Positions 21,939 to 33,757 of a stretch of DNA of 64,000 bases are shown one piece after another (position 1 is the stretch's first letter; each line of letters opens with the position of its first letter). The notes under the pieces were generated by a model. The model saw only the letters and a list, made by a program, of their open reading frames with translations, had not been told where the DNA came from and did no database searches. Source of the DNA: Camelus dromedarius (lineage: Eukaryota); assembly GCF_036321535.1 (NCBI RefSeq), contig NC_087436.1, forward strand, positions 67,148,001 to 67,212,000. Reading direction: 5' to 3'. The position numbers and the translations under genes are program-made.

Positions 21939-24900
21939 TTAGATTCCACATATGAGATTCATATGGTATTTCTCTTTCTCTTTCTGGCTTACTTCACTTA
22001 GAATGACATTCTCCAGGAGCATCCATGTTGCTGCAAATGGCATTATGTTGTCAGTTTTTATGGCTGAGTAGTATTCCATTGTATAAATATACCACTTCTT
22101 CTTTATCCAGTCACCTGTTGATGGACATTTAGGCTGTTTCCATGTTTTGGCTATTGTAAATAGTGCTGCTATAAACATTGGGGTGCAGGTGTCATCCTGA
22201 AGTAGATTTCCTTCTGGATACAAGCCCAGGAGTGGGATTCCTGGGTCATATGGTAAGTCTATTCCTAGTCTTTTGAGGAATCTCCACACTGTTTTCCATA
22301 GTGGCTGCACCAAACTGCATTCCCACCAGCAGTGTAGGAGGGTTCCCCTTTCTCCACAGCCTCTCCAGCATTAGTCATTTGTGGATTTTTGAATGACGGC
22401 CATTCTGACTGGTGTGAGGTGATACCTCATTGTAGTTTTGATTTGCATTTCTCTGATAATTAGTGATAGCATTTTTTCATGTGCTTTTTGATCATTTGTA
22501 TATCTTCCTTGGAGAATTGCTTGTTTAGGTCTTCTGCCCATTTTTGGATTGGGTTGTTTGCTTTTTTCTTAGTAAGTCATATGAGCTGCTTATATATTCT
22601 GGAGATCAAGCCTTTGTCGGTTTCACTTGCAAAAATTTTCTCCCATTTCGTAGGTTTTCTTCTTGTTTTATTTCTGGTTTCCTTTGCTGTGCAGAAGCTT
22701 GTAAGTTTCATTAGGTCCCATTTGTTTATTCTTGCTTTTATTTCTTCTAGGAGAAAATTTTTGAAATGTATGTCAGATAATGTTTTGCCTATGTTTTCCT
22801 CTAGGAGGTTTATTGTATCTTGTCTTATGTTTAAGTCTTTAATCCATTTTGAGTTGATTTTTGTATATGGTGTAAGGGAGTGTTCTAGCTTCATTGTTTT
22901 ACATGCTGCTGTCCAGTTTTCCCAACACCATTTGCTGAAGAGACTGTCTTTATTCCAATGTATATTCTTGCCTCCTTTGTCGAAGATGAGTTGACCAAAA
23001 GTTTGTGGGTTCATTTCTGGGCTCTCTATTCTGTTCCATTGGTCTATATGTCTGTTTTTGTACCAATACCATGCTGTCTTGATGACTGTAGCTCCATAGT
23101 ATTGCTGAAGTCTGGGAGTTATTCCTCCAGCCTCTTTCTTTCTCTTCAGTAATGCTTTGGCAATTCTAGGTCTTTGATGGTTCCATATGAATTTTATTAT
23201 GATTTTTTCTAGTTCTGTGAAATATGTCCTGGGTAATTGGATAGGGATTGCATTAAATCTGTAGATTGCCTTGGGCAGTGTGACCATTTTAACAATATTG
23301 ATTCTTCCAATCCAAGAGCATGGAATATCTTTCCATTTTTTAAAGTCTTCTTTAATTTCCTTCATCAATGGTTTATAGTTTTCCGTGTATAATTCTTTCA
23401 CCTCCTTGGTTAGATTTATTCCCAGATATTTTATTACTTTGGGTGTTATTTTAAAGGGGATTGTTTCTTTACTTTCTTTTTCTGTTGATTTATCGTTAGT
23501 GTAAAGAAATGCAACTGATTTTTGAACGTTAATTGTGTAAAGTGCTACCTTGCTGAATTCTTCAATCAGCTCTAGTAGCTTTTGTGTGGACCTTTTACAG
23601 TTTTCTATATATAGTAACATGTCATCAGCATATAATGACACTTTTACCTCTTCTTTTCCAATTTGGATCCCTTTTATTTCTTTCTCTTGCCTGACTGCTG
23701 TGGCTAGGACTTCCAGGACTATGTTGAATAGGAGTGGTGATAGTGGGCATCCTTGTCTTGTCCCAGATTTTAGTGGGAAGCTTTTGAGTTTTTCACCGTT
23801 GAGTACTATGCTGGCTGTAGGTTTGTCATATATAGCTTTTATTATGTTGAGATATGTTCCCTCTATACCCACTTTGGCGAGAGTTTTTATCATAAATGGG
23901 TGTTGAATTTTATCAAATGCTTTTTCTACATCGATTGAGATGATCATGTGGTTTTTGTCCTTTCTCTTTTTGATGTGATGTATTACACTGATTGATTTGC
24001 GTATGTTGAACCAGCCTTGTGTCCCTGGGATGAACCCCACTTGGTCATGATGTATAATCTTTTTTATGTGTTGTTGGATTCTATTTGCTAAAATTTTGGT
24101 GAGGATTTTGGCGTCTATGTTCATCAGTGATATTGGCCTATAATTCTCTTTTTTTGTAGTGTCTTTGCCTGGTTTTGGTATGAGGGTGATGGTGGCTTCA
24201 TAGAATGAGTTTGGGAGTATTCCCTCCTTTTCAATCGTCTGGAAGAGTTTGAGAAGGACTGGTATGAGTTCTTCTTTGTATGTTTGGTAGAATTCCCCGG
24301 TGAAGCCGTCCGGTCCTGGACTTTTATTTGTAGGGAGGTTTTTAATTGCTATTTCTATTTCCTTTCTAGTGATCGGATTGTTCAAGTGTTCAGATTCTTG
24401 TTGATTCAGTTTTGGTGGACAGTATGTTTCCAGAAACTTGTCCATCTCCTCTAGGTTATCCAGTTTGGTTCCATATAGTTTTTCATAATATTCTCATATG
24501 ATATTCTGTATTTCTATTTTGTTTGTTGTAATTTCTCCATTTTCCTTTCTTATTTTGCTAATTTGTGCTCTCTCTTTTTTCTTCTTTGTGAGTTTGGCCA
24601 GAGGTTTGTCGATTTTATTTACTTTTTCAAAAATCCAGCTTTTGGTTTCGTTGATTTTTTCTATGGTCTTGTTAATCTCTATTGTATTTAATTCCTCTCT
24701 GATCTTTATTATTTCCTTCCTTCTGCTGCTTTTTGGGGCTTTTTGTTCTTCTTTTTCTAATTCATTCAGGTGGTGGGTTAAATTGTTTATCTGAGATTGT
24801 TCTTCTTTTTTGAGGAAGGCCTGTATCGCTATAAACTTCCCTCTTAGCACTGCCTTTGCTGTGTCCCATAGGTTTTGAGTGGTTGTGCTTTCATTATCAT

Positions 24901-25726
24901 TTGTCTCAAGGTATTTTTTAATTTCAGCTTTGATTTCCTCATTGATCCATTGTTTTTTCAATAACATATTGTTTAATCTCCATGCTTTCCTTTTTTTCTC
25001 CTTTGTTTCTCTGTTGTTGATTTCCAGTTTCATGGCATTGTGGTCAGTAAAGATGCTTGAGATAATTTCTATCTTCTTAAAATTGTTGAGGTTTCTTTTG
25101 TGCCCAAGTACATGATCGATCCTGGAAAATGTTCCATGTGCACTTGAAAAGAATGTATATCCTATTTTTTGGGGGTGTAATGCTCTGAAAATATCCGCCA
25201 AATCTAGTTTTTCTATTGTAGTATTTAATTTCTCTGTTGCCTTGTTTATTTTCTGTCTGGAAGATCTGTCTAGTGATGTTAATGCAGTGTTAAAATCTCC
25301 AACTATGATTGTATTCCCATCAATATCCCCCTTCATCTCTGTTAGTAATTCTTGTATGTACTTAGGTGCTCCTATATTGGGTGCATATATATTAACGAGT
25401 GTAATATCCTCATCTTGTATCACTCCTTTAATCATTATAAAATGTCCTTCTTTATCTTTCTTGATAGCCTTTGTTTTAAAGTCTATTTTGTCTGAAATCA
25501 GTACTGCAACACCTGCTTTTTTGGCTTTTCCGTTTGCATGGAATATCCTTTTCCATCCTTTCCCTCTCAATCTATATGTGTCCTTCTCCCTAAAGTGGGT
25601 CTCTTGTATGCAGCATATTGAAGGTTCTTGCTTTATTATCCAGTCTGCCACTCTGTGTCTTTTGACTGGAGCATTTAGTCCATTAACATTTACAGTAATT
25701 AATGATAGATGTGTGTTTATTGCCAT
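21939..25726 (-). pseudogene. L1 ORF2p (APE endonuclease / reverse transcriptase / Cys-rich domain), disrupted
   Basis: EN motifs NVNGLN, QETH, GDFN, TDHN; RT motifs QGCPLSP, YADD. In-frame TGA at 24494-24496 and 22577-22579, 4-bp deletion ~22468, TAA at 22371-22373. In-frame upstream ATG at 25813. Confidence 0.95.
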
Positions 25727-26125
25727 TTTGAACTTATCTTTGCAGTTGAATTGGTATATCCTCTTTGTTCCTTCTTCCTTTTGTGGTTTGGTAATTTTCC
25801 TTTGTATTATCATGGATTTTATTTAATTTTTGTGACTCCTTTTAAATTTTTGGCTTGTGGTTACCCTTTTTTGTAAATCTGTCAACCCATTACTATAACT
25901 GTTTTTATTACACTGATAGTAACATGATCTCAAACCCATCCTACTGTTAAAAAATTTTAAAAAAGAAAGAAAAAGATATTCTATATTTCCCTGCCTCCCT
26001 CGCCCACTCTCAGTGATTTGTATGTCTTCTTTTATAATTTCATGTTTACTTTATTTGTAATTCATGAGTTAGCACCTTTCTAGTTGTGTGTTTCTCATTT
26101 CTGTAGCATCCTGCTGCTTTTCTAT

Positions 26126-27028
26126 TTAGAATAGCCCTTTCAATATTTCTTTTAGCATGGGTTTAGTGTTGCTAAACTCCTGCAGCTTTTTTTTGTCTGT
26201 GAAACTCTTTATTTCTCCTTCTATCCTCAAGGATAGCCTTGCTGGATAAAGGATCCTAGGCTGCATCTTTTTTTCATTCAGGGCTTTGAATAGATCTTGC
26301 CACTCCCTTCTGGCCTGTAGTGTTTGTGTAGAGAAATCAGCTGAGAGCCTTATGGGGGTTCCCTTGTAACTTACTCTTTGCTTTTCTCTTGCTGCCTTTA
26401 GAATCATTTCTTTATCCTTGACTCTGGCCATCTTGATTATGATATGTCTTGGTGTGGGTCTATTTGGGTTCTTCCTGTTTGGGACCCTCTGAGCTTCCTG
26501 TACTTGGATATCTGTTTCCTTCTTTAAGTTTGGGAAGTTTTCAGTTATGCTTTCTTCAAAAACCTTTTCAATCCCCTTTGATCTTTCTTCTCCTTCTGGG
26601 ACCCCTATTATGTGAAGATTGGGACGCTTTATATTATCCCATAGGTCCCTTATGCTATTTTCATTATTTTTTATTTGCTTCTCTTGTAGTTCTTCTGAAT
26701 GGGTGCTTTCTATTGCCCTGTCTTCTAGATCGCTAATTCATTCCTCTGCATTATCTAGTCGGCTTTGCACAGCTATTAGGTCATTCCTCATCTCTGTCAA
26801 TGAGTTTACCCATTCTACTTGGCTCTTCTTTATAGCTTCAATTTCATTTTTGACATATTTTATATCTCTAAACACTATCTCTTTTAATTCCTTCAGCAAT
26901 TTGATCACTCCTTTTTTGAAATCTTGATCTAGTAGGCTATCGATGTCTATTTCGTTGATCTTTCTTTCAGGGGATTTCTCTTGTTCTTTTAAATGGGAAA
27001 GGTTTTTCTGCTTCTTCATCTTGCTCAT
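26126..27028 (-). pseudogene. L1 ORF1p (RNA-binding chaperone), 300 codons with one premature stop
   Basis: MSKMKKQKN...AEE*ISDLEDR...RDLWDNIKRPNLHIIGVPEGEE...QARREW...YPARLS. All one frame; single TGA at 26738-26740. Confidence 0.95.
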
Positions 27029-27424
27029 ACCTCTTTGGCACTGTGGTTTATGGAGTATCAGTTGTTTATTTTGGTCCTTAAGGATTTTATCTATCTGATG
27101 CCTATTTAGGAATAGAACTTAGGAAAAAAAGAAAAAAAAAAATAAGAGAGAGAGAGAATTTTAAAAGAAGGGAGAAAGAGGGTTTGAAAACAGTGTATAA
27201 TGAATAATAGAAGAGTGATTTGAAGCAGAGTATTAATCGGGTTGAGACGTCCTTTTGAAACCTTTAGAAAAAAAGTGGGGGGGAGATGAATAGATGTATT
27301 TGAAACCTGTGTCTAATCAATAGCAGGACATCAAAACCCAAGAGAAATAGAAATGAATTAAGAAGTAAAGATTAAGAGAGTAATAGAAAATAGAACAGGT
27401 AAAAACAGATTTAAAAAAAAAAGG

Positions 27425-28705
27425 GGGTGGGTTTGTCGGTGTTCTCCTGGAGTCTGTGTGCTTTTAATGTGAAGTCTTTCTGTCTTCGTCCTGTTTTGGA
27501 AGCTCAGCTTACTGTTTTCAGAGGCCCTCCGTTGGCGCCCTCTTCTGTGGTGCTCCCAGCACCTGTAGGCAAGCAGATCGCGCTTCCTCCTAACACTAGG
27601 TCAGGTGCAGCTCTCTTCTGCTGTGGGCGGGCGGGTCGCTGCCCTTACGGATGCCGCAGTCAGATGTTGCAGACTGGCCGGGTAGGAGGGCGGGTCGTGC
27701 CCCCTCCCAGCACCTCGGTCAGGGGCTGTGTTCCTGCCCGAAAGGCGGGGGGCCGCTCTTGCTCTACCTGAGCCGCCGCTGGTAGCTCCGCTGCTCTGTG
27801 CGGCTGCGCGCTCCGCCCTGGTCGGCGCTCCGCGGGTGGGCTCGGGGAAGACCAAGGGACAGCCCTGTCCCTGCTCCGAGCCAAAACCCAGCTCCTTGTT
27901 TGTCTTTGTGGAGCAAGTTCTCTGAGGGACCAGGATGGAAGGATCCTATCTGCCCTGGGCTGCAGGCCAGTCTCAGTCTGGACTTTGAGGCTGCTAAGCC
28001 TTTCAGTGCGGATGCAGGTTTCGCCCCTGCCCCCGCCTGAGTGCTCAGTGTGGAGGATATGGCGGCTGTGCCTGAACCCCGCCTCTCTTCCCCCGAAAAG
28101 TTTCCGCGGGTTTTCAGAGATGGGGGTGTGCACCCTTCCCCCGAGAGCACATCAACCTTGCTGTTTTATGGAGGGCCCAGGTAATGTGGCCCCTGTACCT
28201 ACAGCCACAGCGCGCAGCCCCTTGCGTTCCCCCGGGGCTGCCTCCGTGCAGCCACTTCCGTCCTCCCCCCGGCTTGTGCAGCCTGGCCCTGCCTGCGGCT
28301 GCCCGCCTGCGTCTCAGGCTGGGTGTCGTGGGGACGCTCTGTGCCCGTTTAACTTAGTTCTGTTAGTCAAGGGCTGCTCTGTACAGATCCGAGCCTCGGA
28401 GGCTCTCCCTCCGTCCCGCTGGCCTCTCAGTTGGAGAGGAGAGACCCAGCGAGCGAGCGCCAGTCCTCCTCCGCTGCTCCCTCCCCGCGGGACCCGTCCC
28501 GCGCTGCTTTGCCTTTTGTTCTTTCTTTTTTCCTTTTCTCCTACCAGATTTTTGGCCTCTTTATCTTTTGAAGAGGGCGATGTTTTGTCGGAGTTCCACA
28601 GGTGCTCTGGTTGGCTGAGTGGGTCTGTAGATGTGGGTCTTGGTGTATTTGTGGGAGAGGATGACCTGCGAGCGTCCTTCTACTGCGCCATCTTCTCCGT
28701 CCGCG
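27425..28705 (-). promoter_or_regulatory. L1 internal promoter / 5'UTR CpG island with YY1 site
   Basis: CpG-rich. - strand AAGATGGCG at 28694-28686, starting at +12 from the element 5' end, the position where YY1 sites occur in mammalian L1s. Confidence 0.85.
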
Positions 28706-28713
28706 GATAGTTT

Positions 28714-29960
28714 GTTATTTTTTTCAGTACTTAAAAAAATCTCGCTCTACTGTCTTCTGTCTTCATCTGTACCTCAGGAACAATAATGTTTGCTGCCCCT
28801 CCCCAGCATGAGAAGTATTTTGTTCTATAGGAGTGATGACTCTGGGCAGAGGCTCATCCTTTCCTTTAGTCAGTGGCTCCATCCATCCTCTAGAAAGGCA
28901 TCACCAAGGGACGCCTTCTTCAGTCTTCCCTGTATTCAGTCTCTTTCATGACCTTGGTAGAAGTTTATGGAAAAGAGCTTGCAAGTGAGTATAAACTCTT
29001 CTTATGTCTATGGTCCTCTATTTCTGTGTTTATATATTTTTCTATATTCTCATTCTAGTCCACATGTAGCCTCTAGCAATATGTTTTAAAAAAAAATTAG
29101 CTGGTTTCTTTTCATCCTCTTACATAATTTCTGTTTTTTCCCCTATATACTGCCACAGGTCATTCAGGATGTAGGCCCTGTCTCTTCTTGGAGGATCTTA
29201 GATTTTGGGCTACTTGGTCTTGTGACCTCAGCCCTCTGTTGTTTTCAGAGAGCTTTTTATTATTGTTAAGTTTAGACTGTGGCTATTTCTAGCAATCTGC
29301 ATCTTAGACAGAATGGGTCTTTCTCAATCATATCTTGTTTTCCATGAACAATACAAAGATCTTAGAATTTTACCTCTAAATGCTTTACCCACTTCTTAGT
29401 TTATTGCTATTATTTTGTAGTTTTTTGTATCTATCTTTTCCTGAGTCCAAAAGTTAGAGTTTTTATTGTTGCTATTGTAATTTTTGTTTATTTATATTCC
29501 CTGAAAAGAAAGTTTACTATTTCATTTGTTTACTATTTTTTCTTGCATAGCAAACCATCTTTAGGAAATGTACTCTTTTCATGAATTTGTTGGTAGTAAA
29601 TACATACTATGTTTGAAATGTTTTTAATTTATTCACTATTTTTGAAATATGACTTCACTAGTATACAATTCAAGATTTATAGTTATTTTCTCAGGGATTT
29701 CAAAGACATTCCACTGATTTCTGACTTCCATTTTTGCATTAAGAAGTTGAATGACAGTCTAAATATTTTTATTTGTAGACAATCTATCTTTTATATCTGA
29801 TACTTTTCATGTATTTTAGTTACTTTTTTCAGTTTTACTACTTTATATCTAGCTATGAATGTCTTTGTATTTATCCTGCTTGATATTAAAACTTGCCTAT
29901 AAGAAATCATACCTCTTACCAGTTCTACAAATTGGTCTGTTATCTCTTTGACTATTGCTT
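28714..29960 (-). mobile_element. Ancient L1M/HAL1-like remnants
   Basis: Degenerate ORF1-antisense motifs (tttttgaaatatgacttcactagtatacaattc...gacattccactgatttctgacttcc). Confidence 0.5.
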
Positions 29961-31869
29961 TGATTGTGTTTTTATACCTAACTTTTTAAATTTGTCAGTT
30001 AGTTTTAGGACTGCATGTATATGAGAGAGATGACATTCTTTGTAAATGTAGTTTTAATTTTTATCAGTTTTATGTATATAAAAAACAGGGAGGGGGAAAT
30101 CATGTATTACAAAATAAAAAGATACCAAAGGGAAGGAAAAAATGTACTTCTGTGTTTACCTTTCTCAGGAATAATAGGTCACTTTTAGGCTATATTCCCC
30201 ATAATTGTAAGTGATAGAGTCTCAGGAGTGGAGATAGATGAGATGGAGCGTTTTCCTTCCTCTGAAACAGTCTGGAAATACATTCTAAGCTAAACTGGGG
30301 AGAAGAGAACTCATTATTCATAGCACAGTGTTATACACCCTATAGGATTTTAACAGCATGATTGATGATGATGATGATGGTGTGACAGTCTTACATATAC
30401 TTCTCTTTAGTCCTTGACATTAGAGCTTTCATTTTTCTGCCTACATGTAACAGAGTAAACTACAAAGTCAGTCAATACACACTGGAATTTCAGGAGGTAA
30501 AAAGATGTCAGATTTCAAAGTAATAATACTTTATTTCTTCTGGATTTCTCCTTTATTCAAAACCACTTTTGGTGACAGGTTTTCTCTTTATTATTCCTTT
30601 ATAGAAATCACCCCTGATTGCAATAAACTGTGTCTCCAATTTTTGTGACAGGCATCTGAGAATTATGGCACTAGCGTTTACCCTCTTGTTCACGTCAAAC
30701 TGTTCCTTCTGTTCTTGGAATAATTCAAAAGATATGATATTTGAGCAATGCAGGCTTAAAGGACACAGGCAATTTATGTTGATGTCACTGATAATGACCT
30801 CTTGTTTTTGAAAGAAAAGCCTGACCGTTTAGACCATCTCTAAAGCCAATGTGGACCCTGCTTTAAAGGCTAAAAACAAGATCACTCATAGGATGGAGAT
30901 ATTTCAAAACTCACATGGACATTTTATTTCAGTTCTTTCATTTTGTGTATTAGGAAACTAAGCGTACAAGAAATTCTAATTTGTTCAAAGGCTCATGTTT
31001 ATTTAGTTGCTAATATTCTTATTTTACACATCATAATAAATCAGTTAATGCATCAATTTTACCAACATTCCTTTTTTAGCACAAATCAGTGTTCTATGAA
31101 GTTGTTCAATACAGAAAATATTATAATTTAGAGGTTGATTTATAAAGACAGAAATTTGTTATCCAGCTTATTGCTGCCAAAAGTCTAATTTGGCCAACGA
31201 TGAGTATGAAGCACTCTTTTTAAGACATCAACTCCTACTCAAGCATTTCTCTCAATGTTTTTCATGGACCTTTCCCAGAGAAATGAAAACAGTAGATCAC
31301 AGACTTTGGAAAATTGCTTCTCATTCTTGTGAATTTGCCTGCATAGCCATTTTGAAATATGAAACAAATCCTTGAAAGAGTAATATTTTTTTCTCTTGCA
31401 ATTTCAGACTTTTCATTTAGCACCATTATCTCTATTTTTCTGTAATCTATATCTTACAAATGGTAGTTTCCTACATTTCATGAAAAAAACTGATTAGGTA
31501 AACTCCTTCATGTTAAGAACTAATAATTCACAATGCCAATCTTACTTATATTTGTACTTTCAAAGAAGACTAGATGAAGAAAATTTTTTATTCAAATGGT
31601 AGCACTTCAGATCTTAGTGTCAGGAGACTACTGGCTAATTTGTCAGTCTAATACAGAGTCGTATGGAATGGAAAGTTATAATTTTTAGCTCTTATTCCTA
31701 CTGAATAATCACCAACCTTCAAAAGTGATCATTGGTTGTAGCCTTAAAAATGTTAGTTTGTTTCAACTTTTTGATATATTTTTTAAAAATTTAAGGTAAA
31801 CACCCTTTGCTGGAGCAGTTGATAACATACCCATTGTTCCCTCTCACCTTTTAAATTTGGCACACACTA

Positions 31870-32070
31870 ATTTAGACTTGACTATGTGCCTGCCAGTTTT
31901 CCAAATACTTCACAAATATTAACTATGTAGTTCTCATTAAAAAGAAATTTTTGAGGTGGGTCCTGTTACTAACTCAATCACAAAAATGAAGAAACTGAAG
32001 TTAAATAATGTGTCTGGTCAAATACATGGTTGATGAGGATCGTCTTTCAATGGATTCTTCAAGGCAGTAT
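31870..32070 (-). mobile_element. MIR SINE remnant
   Basis: actatgtgcc...tgaggtggg...aatgaagaaactgaag, reverse MIR core. Confidence 0.6.
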
Positions 32071-33004
32071 GTTCAGAATTTAAATATTAAAACAACTTTA
32101 CAAATGCCTACCTATCATAGTTGGAAAGGAGATAAACACTTTTTTCAATGTATAATCCTTAATGTTTTTGTTATTTATTATGCCAGAAAACTTGAAGTAA
32201 AAAGTGGGATGATTGGAGTATCAGATTTGGTTAGATATTCTCTTTCCCAGTATACTTCATGAGTATAGAAATGGACTTTGAGACTAGAATTTTACTAGAG
32301 TCTTACTACACAGTCCTTGAATATATGAAGGTCTCATCATCTGGTGAATTTATGTAACTATTACTATCTCATAACACATGGGGACATAAAGCCCAATGTC
32401 TGTTGACTCTTTTTGAGGAATGAGATCACTCATTGCAATCTTGAAGCACCCAATTCCTTTCATAGTTACACCCACAAGCTTGTGCCTTATAATCTATTTT
32501 TAAGAATGAAACTTTTCTTATCAAAATATATATACTTTGAAATTGAAAAGATATAAAATTACCAAATAAAATAGAGACTACTGATTAGAAGTCTACCATT
32601 GGAAATGCCCAGACATTTATTTTAGTCACAAAGAAGTTATTTTACTAACTACCATGGCCTTTTTGATATAATGGGGATAGTAATTTCTCTTATCAGAGTT
32701 TAAAAAAATTTTAAAATATGTCCCTATTTCTCTGTGGTTAGATATCTTAAGAAATAACTTCAGAGGTTAATTATAGCATGTAAGCAACATTCCTATCAAT
32801 TGGGGGAAAAAAATTGACATTTGGCAGTAGTTGGATTCATTACATACAGAGATAAAATTTTAAATTAAGCTATTTAAATTTTTAATTAATTATCAGTGTA
32901 TAATTTTTTACTTACATTGTAGCATGATTTTTTCTTGACTGGTTCTTCAGATTTTTTTTTTAAACTGCTGAAAATAGTTAATGATCTATAAAATGGACTT
33001 CTGA

Positions 33005-33027
33005 TACACACACACACACACACACAT

Positions 33028-33058
<31 letters not shown>
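33005..33058. repeat. (CA)n(TA)n microsatellite
   Basis: Directly visible. Confidence 0.97.
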
Positions 33059-33757
33059 AGTAGGATTTCCCCATTCCTTTCTTCCTTCCCTCCTTTCTTC
33101 TTTTCCCACAAATATCTCGGAGTCTGTTGTGTATTGGGCACTATTCTCAGAACAATCAACAATGCGAAGATTCTCTGATTTTGGCTGATAAATACATAAG
33201 ATACATAAACATAGTGTGAACTCCTATTTTTACTTCTCAAGCCAGGAAGCTAGGACTCAGAAGCTAGAATTTGCCAAACTTATTTCCCACTATATGTCAT
33301 TGCTTTTGGACATTTCAAGTTTCAAAAGTTTGGTGACTGTGAAGTGTAGAGTGTGGGTGGTTCTGATGTTATGCTCTTAAGTTCACCTTTAGGGAATCTT
33401 TATGCTGTTTCTTTTTTAAAATTATAGTTACAACATTGTAAAAAGACTGTAACTCGAATGAATGAATGAATAAATAAAATATAGTTGATTTATAAAAAAA
33501 AAATGGAAGAAAACCAAAGCAAAACAAAAAACAAAACAATGCAAAGATCCCTGAACACCTGGGTTTAAACTTAGCATTAATCTATGAGACTTACCTCTTC
33601 CTGGGGCTTCTGAGGTATGAAAAATGCTTATATTTTTGCCTTCCAGCTCTGCTGGTTACTGTAACTGTACAACATTTTTACACTTTAAGAAATGTAGAAG
33701 CTTTGTCTGTTTATCTATTTTTTTTGAATTTGCTTTGCCCTTTTTTTTTCTTTGTTC

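Larger units (their letters stand above)
21616..28705 (-). mobile_element. Full-length young LINE-1 (~7.09 kb), inactivated
   Basis: 8-bp TSD gatagttt (21608-21615; 28706-28713). - strand AATAAA at 21633-21638 plus short A tail. Order 3'UTR, ORF2, ~400-bp spacer, ORF1, ~1.68-kb CpG-rich 5'UTR, ending with a YY1 motif. Confidence 0.97.

Noticed and set aside
22479..25826. Hydrophobic + strand ORFs (171, 118, 98, 194 aa) resembling membrane proteins
   Set aside because: Antisense shadows of A-rich L1 ORF2, recurring in each L1 copy
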